DNA of 43,940 bases from NCBI GenBank assembly GCA_003224695.1, contig QHZO01000217.1:1-43940 (forward strand). The letters run 5' to 3'. This stretch comes from Acidobacteriota bacterium. Its GTDB lineage: Bacteria > Acidobacteriota > Terriglobia > UBA7540. Position 1 is the first letter of the stretch. Each line of letters starts with the position of its first letter. Positions 1 through 6,331 of the stretch are shown here, piece by piece. The position numbers were made by a program, and so were the translations under genes. A model generated the notes under the pieces. The model searched no databases, was not told where the DNA came from, and saw only the letters and a list, made by a program, of their open reading frames with translations.

Positions 1-382
1 CCATTCCAATGCTAATGCGACCGGCTTCGAAAACGCACGCCTCCGCCCTCGCTATCGCTTCGCGCTCGGTTTTGGGGGCGGTTAGCTTCCCCTTGGTGAG
101 AACGTACGCATACGGGCTAAGATCGTTCCCAATCGAGTGGCGTCTGGCTAAGAGAGCCTCGTAAGGCACGACTCCGGAGCCGCAGAACGGATCAAGAACT
201 ATGTCTCCTTCTTGGCTGAACTCTTCGATTAACACCCTAGCCATGCCGGACTTAAGTTTCCCCACGTACGGAGCCAACTGATGAATGGAGCTCTCTCTGC
301 CATTGAAGCACCCCTCCCAAAGGGAGCTGTTGATCCCTGCTTGGCTTGACTTCGGCAGCGACAATAGGAGTTGACTAGGCAT
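1..382 (-). CDS. DNA methyltransferase, N-terminal part (gene runs off the left edge of the window)
   Basis: Absent from the ORF track because it is truncated. My minus-strand translation from the ATG at 382 reads MPSQLLLSLPKSS...SSIHQLAPYVGKLKSGMARVLIEEFSQEGDIVLDPFCGSGVVPYEALLARRHSIGNDLSPYAYVL. DPFCGSG matches SAM-binding motif I (FxGxG). The ATG overlaps the stop of the upstream ORF by 8 nt (ATGCCTAG). Confidence 0.7.
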   Translation of the reverse strand, partial: MPSQLLLSLPKSSQAGINSSLWEGCFNGRESSIHQLAPYVGKLKSGMARVLIEEFSQEGDIVLDPFCGSGVVPYEALLARRHSIGNDLSPYAYVLTKGKLTAPKTEREAIARAEACVFEAGRISIGM

Positions 383-1241
383 TGGTATCGCATTCCTCCA
401 TGACAACGCCCTTATGCAGAATGCGCGTCCGCCTCTGGTATACTTCTTTCGTCTTTTTCTTGACTAAAATGAGCTGGATTTCCACGACCCAGACGTGATT
501 CCTGCGCTCTTCCGCTTTCACCCCGAAGCTATTCAAAATCATCGAGGGCAAATAAAGCGAGTCTAGGGTATGAGTTTTAGGTGAGGGCTGCTGAGGAGTT
601 GGTTGTTCCCGAGGCATCAGAAACACATCGGGCGCAATCTGATCGTTCCCGACCACGCGCTCGTACTTAGGGCACCTGCGTAGCGGCGTTCCGCATAGCT
701 GATCTTTAAACAAAACAGCGTCAACTATTTTACCGCGCTTAAACAAATTATTAGCCATCCGATTGACGATGATTGAGCGAACGCCCTCAGATGGCTGCTT
801 GGAAATTGATCCGTCCAAGTGACGCCACACGATAAATTCTTGCGCCCAAGCTGGACGCTCAGTAACAGTCACACTGATCCCTTCACCCCCTTTCACTTCC
901 AGCGCTGCGCATACGCGTGGTCTGTCGGAAAGTATGACCGTAAAATCATGGCGAACACCCTTCCCAGTCTTTTCAAATGAAGCGATTATGCCTTCCTTCG
1001 GCAGCTTTTCCAAGACAGTCTCGATCATCGAGTGGCGTTTGACGATTGATGAGGCAATGAAGCTACCCCGAATCACTTCCACTGCGGACCTAAATATCCC
1101 CTTGGGGTGGTAGTCCTCGGGGTGTATGCCCTCAGCACGCAACACGTCAGGGTGTCGCTGATCCATCGTCTGCAAGAGATTGATCGCAGGTAAGATTTGC
1201 GCTATAGCCTCTGGGTCGTTACAGCAAGGTAGAATCGGCAT
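375..1241 (-). CDS. Putative type II restriction endonuclease (PD-(D/E)XK-like), coupled to the downstream methyltransferase
   Basis: 288-aa ORF. RHDFTVILSDRPRVCAALEVKGGEG gives a D-X17-E-V-K pattern. The ORF overlaps the methyltransferase start. G+C is lower than in the flanks (a sample line gives about 52%). I do not recognise a named family by eye. Confidence 0.5.
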   Translation of the reverse strand: MPILPCCNDPEAIAQILPAINLLQTMDQRHPDVLRAEGIHPEDYHPKGIFRSAVEVIRGSFIASSIVKRHSMIETVLEKLPKEGIIASFEKTGKGVRHDFTVILSDRPRVCAALEVKGGEGISVTVTERPAWAQEFIVWRHLDGSISKQPSEGVRSIIVNRMANNLFKRGKIVDAVLFKDQLCGTPLRRCPKYERVVGNDQIAPDVFLMPREQPTPQQPSPKTHTLDSLYLPSMILNSFGVKAEERRNHVWVVEIQLILVKKKTKEVYQRRTRILHKGVVMEECDTNA

Positions 1242-1309
1242 CTGTCAAATTTCTCTCGCGCCCTCTTGGCCTATCTACCGCGATAACAGCAATATCCGTG
1301 GCGTCTCCG

Positions 1310-2314
1310 TTATTTTCTCGAGGTCACGCCCTGTCCCGTCGCCTGTCCGGATTCAGCCGCAGGGCCGATGAAATGAAACGATTTGATAATCTTATTGAAA
1401 ACCGCTTCTTCGAACTGGTAATTCTCCGCCGAGGTCATCCCGATGATGCCAAACACCGCGTTCCCTTGCGCGATGTGCGCGGAGACGCCGTGCCACTCGA
1501 CGCCGTCAACAAGGCCCGTGAAGGATCGCCGGATCGCCGGCTGGCCGTCCGCCTCGACCGCCGCTTCCGAAATCTTGGCGTAATTCTCGACCATGCCTTT
1601 GATCTTCGCGTCCACCACGTCGTTCTTCAGGTCCGGCGCTCCGCTCCAAACCGTGCGGTCCACAATCAGCAGCGTGCGGTCGTTCTCATCCGACATGGCG
1701 ACGATGGCCGAAATTTTTTCGCGCGAGATTTCTTCGTAGAGTTTCCAGTCCAGCGGCTTAAACATGACGAAATGAAATGTATCGGAATAGTAGCTGGTGC
1801 CCTGGACATGCTCAGCCAGGCCGGAAGGAAGAGGCTCGTCGAGCGGATGGCTGGGCTCGGGCGGTGGGACGACAGCCTTTGGTGGCGGCGCGGGAGGAGG
1901 AGCAACCTTTGCGGCCACCGGCGGCGCAGTCGCGGGCGGCGTTGCCGGTTCGACGGGTTTTTCGGGAGCGACAATCGGTGCCGGTTGCTCTTGTAGGGGC
2001 GCAAGGTCCCGCTTCACGGGATCCCGAAAATCGGGGCGTTCGGCCCCTACCGCCTTCGTCGCGGGTTTCGCCGGCGCCGCCTTCTCCCCGCCGCTTGTGA
2101 TGTTAATGGTTTCGACCTTGTCCTTTCGAACCAGCGCATAGCCGAATTCGGTTTCGACCCGGAACATACCGTTTTCAAAACCCACGATCGTGCCGACGAT
2201 TTTCTTGCCGCCCTTGAGAACGACTTCATCCGAGACGGCCGGCGTGGCCATGAACACGCCCACAAGAAAGGCCACCGCGCCTGCCGCTCTCCGAAGGCTT
2301 GCGCGTCTCATCAT
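1310..2314 (-). CDS. Exported proline-rich protein of unknown function, immediately downstream of lexA
   Basis: The N-terminus MMRRASLRRAAGAVAFLVGVFMATPAVS looks like a signal peptide. It is followed by a small beta-rich domain, a long P/A-rich linker and a roughly 190-aa C-terminal domain. The ORF track starts at a TTG at 2329. I prefer the ATG at 2314. Confidence 0.8.
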   Translation of the reverse strand: MMRRASLRRAAGAVAFLVGVFMATPAVSDEVVLKGGKKIVGTIVGFENGMFRVETEFGYALVRKDKVETINITSGGEKAAPAKPATKAVGAERPDFRDPVKRDLAPLQEQPAPIVAPEKPVEPATPPATAPPVAAKVAPPPAPPPKAVVPPPEPSHPLDEPLPSGLAEHVQGTSYYSDTFHFVMFKPLDWKLYEEISREKISAIVAMSDENDRTLLIVDRTVWSGAPDLKNDVVDAKIKGMVENYAKISEAAVEADGQPAIRRSFTGLVDGVEWHGVSAHIAQGNAVFGIIGMTSAENYQFEEAVFNKIIKSFHFIGPAAESGQATGQGVTSRK

Positions 2315-2329
2315 GCCATGCCTCGTCAA

Positions 2330-3049
2330 TCAGTATTTTCTCAAGACACCAATCACGCGGCCCTGAATCTTCACGTCGCGGGCCAGAAGGATGAGGGCTT
2401 CCATCTCGGAGTTGGCGGGCTGCAAGCGGATGCGGCCGTTCGGCTCGCGGTAAAATCGCTTCAGCGTGGCGTCGGTCCCGCCCGTCAGCGCCACGACGAT
2501 GTCCCCGTTTTCAGCGGTCTCGGCTCCTTCCACCAATATGTAGTCGCCGTCGCAGATGTGGTCCTCCACCATCGAGTCGCCCTTCACCTTGAGCACGTAG
2601 ACGCTTGAGCTGCCGTTGGCGAAGTCGGCCAAAGAAATAGTCTCGGGGTTCGAGATGGCTTCCACGGGCCGGCCGGCGGCAATCCGGCCGAGCAGCGGGA
2701 ACTCGAGCCTTCCGAGCGCGACCGCAGGCTCCGGCCCCGACGCCCGTCCGCTCGCGGATTCGAGCGCCCCCGCGCCCTTCCCCGTCAACCGCCTGCCAAA
2801 CGGCCGCACCGCGGTCTTGGCGAATGGGACGGAGCCGGGCACGGCAACGATTTCGAGCGAGCGGCTCTGATTGTAGCCGCGCCGGACGAACCCTTTCTTC
2901 GAGAGCGTCTGAAGGTGCTTGTGGACGGTGGCGAGTGAGGAAAGCTTCAAGCCTTTGCCAATCTCTTCGAAGCTCGGCGAATAACCGTGTTTGTTGATGA
3001 AGCCCATCAAGAAATCCAGGACCTGTTTTTGCCGGCGCGTCAAAGCCAT
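2330..3049 (-). CDS. lexA: LexA repressor (SOS regulator, S24 self-cleaving peptidase)
   Basis: N-terminal winged helix MALTRRQKQVLDFL...GYSPSFEEIG. Cleavage region LLGRIAAGRPVEA. Catalytic Ser in VKGDSM and Lys in ATLKRF. GGAGGA RBS 8 nt upstream of the ATG. Confidence 0.93.
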   Translation of the reverse strand: MALTRRQKQVLDFLMGFINKHGYSPSFEEIGKGLKLSSLATVHKHLQTLSKKGFVRRGYNQSRSLEIVAVPGSVPFAKTAVRPFGRRLTGKGAGALESASGRASGPEPAVALGRLEFPLLGRIAAGRPVEAISNPETISLADFANGSSSVYVLKVKGDSMVEDHICDGDYILVEGAETAENGDIVVALTGGTDATLKRFYREPNGRIRLQPANSEMEALILLARDVKIQGRVIGVLRKY

Positions 3050-3143
3050 GTCGAGCCATCCTCCGTTCGCGGGTTCGAGGGGCAGGGCGTCCGTCAGCCA
3101 ACGGATGCCCCTGCTCCTTCAATTTATACCACGCATTGTAGGC

Positions 3144-3158
3144 GAATGAAAGGCGAAC
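3144..3158 (-). promoter_or_regulatory. Candidate LexA box, GTTC-N7-ATTC direct repeat read on the lexA strand
   Basis: The plus strand reads GAATgaaaggcGAAC, about 95-110 nt upstream of the lexA ATG and next to a TATAAA hexamer (3123-3128, minus strand). It has one mismatch to the GTTC-N7-GTTC box known for Alphaproteobacteria-type LexA. Confidence 0.3.
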
Positions 3159-3671
3159 TGGCAAGCGCGTTTTTTTGCCTCGGGGATTACGGATCACCAA
3201 CCCTCAATACGTCAACTCTTATCGAGTCAAGATGCCGGCGGACTGGAACGCGCGCGCCGCAGGTGGCGGGAAGACGCGACGAAAAAGGAGTGCGGATTTC
3301 ACGCGGGAAATCTTCGGACGAAATAAAGGCGCCTTGCCTACCGTTCGACTGGCTCATCCCTCGACTTCGCTCGGGACCCTGAGCTTGTGGAAAGGCCGAT
3401 GAATCGTAGAGCCGGAGGCCAGCCGCACACCGAAGCACGGTCAGGCGAAAAGTGTTTGACCCACCGGACGCTAGACGACAATTTAGACGAAACCTTTGTC
3501 ATAGGGAATCATAGGGTGTGCTCTGGGGTCTCTTCCCTATTGCGTGCCGTGTGTAACGGCTTAAGGATGATACCTAACCGCGAATCGCATCGGAGGGTGG
3601 GCGGCGCGGGACCGAGCATTTCTGCGTGTGCTCTGGCCCGCTGTCTGCTCGCACTCGAAAGGGGACCTCCG

Positions 3672-5294
3672 ATGACAAAACTCATTCAGCTTCGCCGGTT
3701 AAGTGTGCCCGTTATTCTGCTGCTGGTTTTCTCCACTCTTGCCATAATTATCCTCGCGACCGGCAATCGAACTCACCCATTTTCGAGGCTGTCCAAGCCT
3801 TCAGGACCGAAGGGGGCGAATAGCCAGCAACTGGTCGAGAACTACGGCAAGCTGCCTTTGAGCTTCGAGGCGAATCAGGGCCAAGCCGGCCCGGGCGTGG
3901 CGTTTCTCTCCCGCGGGAGCGGCTACACGCTGTTCCTGACCGGCGATGAGGCGGTGCTTGCTTTACGAAGTCAAGAGGCGAAAGTCAAAAGTCAGAAGAG
4001 ACAGTGGCGAGTGACGAGTGACAAGTGGCGAGCAACCTGGAACTCCGAACTCGGAACTCTGAACCTCCTTCATTCACCATTCAGAATTCATAATTCAGGA
4101 TTGTCCCCAGCACCTAGCCCCCAGTCCCTAACCCCTGAAGTCCTGCGCATGAAACTGGTGGGGGCGAACCGAACGGCGAAGGTGACCGGCCTCGACGAGC
4201 TTCCGGGCAAGGCGAACTACTTTATCGGCAACGATCCGAAGAAGTGGCGCACCGACGTGCCGACATATGCCAAGGTTCAGTACCGCGACGTCTATCCCGG
4301 CATTGACTTGGTGTATTACGGCAACCAGGGAAAATTGGAGTATGACTTTGTGGTTGCGCCCGGCGCCGACCCAAATGCCATCGCGCTGGCCGTAGGGGCG
4401 GGCCTTGTGCCTGCCCCGGTACCGGCTGGTACGGGGCCTGCCCACGGGCGACCACAAGGGTCGCCCCTACGCATTGATGCCAACGGCGATCTGGTGATTG
4501 CGACGGACGGTGGTGAGGTACGCTTTCACAAACCGACCGTTTATCAACCGCAGGCCTCGAAAACCGCCTCAGGCAATTCAGAATTCATAATTCATAATTC
4601 AGAATTAGAAGGAAATTACGTCCTAACGGCGAACAACCGCGTTCGCTTCGAAATCCCCAACTACGACAAGACCAAGCCGCTGGTCATTGACCCGGTACTG
4701 GTTTACTCCACGTATGTCGGAGGAGGGTCGGGGGTGGATGGTTTTGCCGGGAGTTCCGCGAGCGCGATCGCCCTGGACTCCGCCGGGAACGCATATGTCA
4801 CGAGCAACACTTGCGCCACCGACTTTCCGACAACTTCGGGTGCCTTTCAGCCCAGCAGCCCCGATACAAACTGCAACGTATTCGTGACGAAGCTGAATCC
4901 CAGCGCCAGCGCGCTGGCCTACTCGACCTACTTGGGTGGCGCGACAGGGGGCGGCCGCGGCAACGGCGTCGCTGTGGATTCGGCCGGCAACGCGTATATC
5001 ACAGGCCTGACCACATCCACGGACTTTCCCCTCATGAATGCCTTTCAGCCAACCTATGCAGGGGGCACGTGCCCCGACGATTGCGGAGACGCGTTCGTAA
5101 CCAAAATCAACGCGGCCGGCGACGGTCTTGTTTACTCGACATATCTGGCTGGTAGCGTTCAAAACGAGGGTTTTGGCATCGTCGTAGATTCAGCCGGGAG
5201 CGCTTACGTGACCGGGTCCACTTACTCGGCGGACTTCCCCACGACGGCAGGTGCATTCCAGGCGACATATCCAGGAGGGGGGGGTCTTTTGTAA
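3672..5294 (+). CDS. SBBP (beta-propeller repeat) giant exported protein, fragment 1 of 4 of a disrupted gene
   Basis: The ATG at 3672 gives MTKLIQLRRLSVPVILLLVFSTLAIIILA, a signal anchor. Next come YGKLPLSFEANQGQ...NYFIGNDPKKWRTDVPTY...LEYDFVVAPGADP, then repeated xAYVTGxTxSxDFPTTxGAFQ...FVTKLNxxGSxLxYSTYLGG units. The frame ends in a G8 run. Confidence 0.85.
   Translation: MTKLIQLRRLSVPVILLLVFSTLAIIILATGNRTHPFSRLSKPSGPKGANSQQLVENYGKLPLSFEANQGQAGPGVAFLSRGSGYTLFLTGDEAVLALRSQEAKVKSQKRQWRVTSDKWRATWNSELGTLNLLHSPFRIHNSGLSPAPSPQSLTPEVLRMKLVGANRTAKVTGLDELPGKANYFIGNDPKKWRTDVPTYAKVQYRDVYPGIDLVYYGNQGKLEYDFVVAPGADPNAIALAVGAGLVPAPVPAGTGPAHGRPQGSPLRIDANGDLVIATDGGEVRFHKPTVYQPQASKTASGNSEFIIHNSELEGNYVLTANNRVRFEIPNYDKTKPLVIDPVLVYSTYVGGGSGVDGFAGSSASAIALDSAGNAYVTSNTCATDFPTTSGAFQPSSPDTNCNVFVTKLNPSASALAYSTYLGGATGGGRGNGVAVDSAGNAYITGLTTSTDFPLMNAFQPTYAGGTCPDDCGDAFVTKINAAGDGLVYSTYLAGSVQNEGFGIVVDSAGSAYVTGSTYSADFPTTAGAFQATYPGGGGLL
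3967..4133. repeat. Five consecutive 28-nt blocks, each of four degenerate heptads, lying in frame inside the SBBP ORF
   Basis: Blocks: 3967-3994 (..AAAGTCA AAAGTCA); 4004-4031 GTGGCGA GTGACGA GTGACAA GTGGCGA; 4040-4067 GAACTCC GAACTCG GAACTCT GAACCTC; 4071-4098 CATTCAC CATTCAG AATTCAT AATTCAG; 4106-4133 CCCAGCA CCTAGCC CCCAGTC CCTAACC. Confidence 0.9.
4392..4470. repeat. REP-like GTAGGGGC...GCCCCTAC palindrome doublet inside the SBBP ORF
   Basis: GTAGGGGCGGGCCTTGTGCCTGCCCCGGTACCGGCTGGTACGGGGCCTGCCCACGGGCGACCACAAGGGTCGCCCCTAC. It closely resembles the intergenic copy at 21775-21826. It is translated as VGAGLVPAPVPAGTGPAHGRPQGSPL. Confidence 0.85.
4574..4608. repeat. Array of five heptads (NAATTCA) inside the SBBP ORF
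   Basis: CAATTCA GAATTCA TAATTCA TAATTCA GAATTAG, translated as NSEFIIHNSEL. Confidence 0.9.
5277..5284 (+). other. G8 homopolymer at the junction between SBBP fragments 1 and 2 (frameshift site)
   Basis: ccaggaGGGGGGGGtcttttgtaa. With nine G residues the reading would continue as PGGGGSFVTKFNPGGSTLAYSTYLG, which is the expected repeat continuation. Confidence 0.85.
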
Positions 5295-5968
5295 CGAAGT
5301 TCAATCCCGGAGGCAGCACTCTGGCTTACTCCACCTACCTCGGCACGGGGAACGGAACAGGTACAGATGCAGCAGCGATAGCGGTTGACACGACGGGAAG
5401 CGCTTATGTCGCCGGAACTACGAATTCCACCAACTTCCCAACGACGCCGGGAGCCTTTCAGACTGCTTGCGGAAATTGCCCCACTTCGGTCAGCGGGACC
5501 TACGATGACGGATTCGTAGTGAAGCTCAAGCCTGATGGAAGCGGGCTGGCATATTCCACCTACCTTGGCGGTAGCAACGACGACGGAGTTCGGGGGATCG
5601 CAGTCGACTTGACGGGCAGCGCCTATGTTACCGGAAACACAAATTCCAGCGACTTCCCCACACTGAATCCCTTCCACGATAACGGCGGCGTCTTTGTTAC
5701 GAAGTTTGCGCCCAACGGAGGTTCTTTGATCTACTCCACGTACTTCGGCGGCGGCGGTGAATCGGCGAACGCAATCGCGGTGGACTCGGCCCAAAACGCA
5801 TATATTGCCGGCCAGGCGGGGGCGGAGGCGAGCGACGAACGACTTCCCGCGGCCAATCCAATTCAGCAGTGCTCCGGTTACTCGTCTTTCGTGGCCGTCT
5901 TTGGGTCAAACGGAAGTACCTTGACCTATTCCACGTGCCTCGGTGGAGGCAATTTTGACTCGGCATAG
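5288..5968 (+). CDS. SBBP protein, fragment 2 of 4 (ends at an in-frame TAG)
   Basis: My translation from 5288 reads FVTKFNPGGSTLAYSTYLGTGNGTGTDAAAIAVDTTGSAYVAGTTNSTNFPTTPGAFQ... and continues into track ORF 5519..5968. It carries the same SBBP repeat units. Confidence 0.8.
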   Translation, partial: FVTKFNPGGSTLAYSTYLGTGNGTGTDAAAIAVDTTGSAYVAGTTNSTNFPTTPGAFQTACGNCPTSVSGTYDDGFVVKLKPDGSGLAYSTYLGGSNDDGVRGIAVDLTGSAYVTGNTNSSDFPTLNPFHDNGGVFVTKFAPNGGSLIYSTYFGGGGESANAIAVDSAQNAYIAGQAGAEASDERLPAANPIQQCSGYSSFVAVFGSNGSTLTYSTCLGGGNFDSA

Positions 5969-6331
5969 GGCATTGCCGCGGATTCCATGAGCAACGCCTA
6001 TATTTCGGGGATCACAAGCTCTTCTGATTTCCCCACCTTGAACGCTTTCCAGTCGGTGGCTTCAGGCCAATCTAACGGCTTTGTCGCCAAAATTAGCGCT
6101 GCGGACGCCGCAGCCGTCAGTCTTCACCCTGCCGTCGTCAACTTCGGAACTGCGCTCGTTGGCTCAACGAGCGCCTCCGAGACTATCACGCTTTCGGACA
6201 TGGGCACGGCGCCTTTAACCGTCAGTCAAATCGCTATCACAGGGACCAACGGCGGAGACTTTTCTCAAGCCAACAATTGCGGGAATTCGCTCCGACCGCC
6301 ACGGGAACCCGGACGGCAACGATCACCGTAA
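5969..6331 (+). CDS. SBBP protein, fragment 3 of 4 (same frame as fragment 2, directly after the TAG)
   Basis: GIAADSMSNAYISGITSSSDFPTLNAFQ... is followed by the first Ig-like unit LHPAVVNFGTALVGSTSASETITLSDMGTAPLTV..NNCGNS. The sequence stops making sense after about 6290. Confidence 0.75.
   Translation, partial: GIAADSMSNAYISGITSSSDFPTLNAFQSVASGQSNGFVAKISAADAAAVSLHPAVVNFGTALVGSTSASETITLSDMGTAPLTVSQIAITGTNGGDFSQANNCGNSLRPPREPGRQRSP

Noticed and set aside
278-310. A hammerhead-like CUGAUGA followed by a short stem (ATGG...CCAT) on the plus strand.
   Set aside because: The stem is followed by UGAA, not the required GAAA core. There are no flanking stems I or III, and the site lies antisense inside the methyltransferase coding region. 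It is most likely chance.
3065-3076. GTTC-N4-GTTC next to the lexA RBS as the LexA operator.
   Set aside because: The spacing does not match the known GTTC-N7-GTTC box, and the repeat is on the opposite strand. It is kept only as a note within the lexA finding.
3455-3640. Short direct repeats in the lexA/SBBP divergent spacer (TAGACGA x2 at 3470-3488, CATAGGG x2 at 3499-3515, GTGTGCTCTGG x2 at about 3517 and 3625) as regulator binding sites or an ncRNA.
   Set aside because: The repeats are short enough to arise by chance in 600 nt. I could not define a convincing promoter, terminator or conserved fold.
3387-3671. N-terminal extensions of track ORFs (3387-3671, 21480-21800, 29642-29818, 24722-25144, 40807-40956).
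   Set aside because: The extensions run through intergenic repeats or overlap neighbouring genes and lack protein-like composition. Internal starts give canonical N-termini (a signal peptide, [27 protein letters not shown], and GTG preceded by GAAGGAG).
3967-4133. Heptad arrays (here and at 28394, 29586, 31488 and 36067) considered as CRISPR arrays.
   Set aside because: The repeat unit is only 7 nt, the units are contiguous without spacers, and no cas genes are present.
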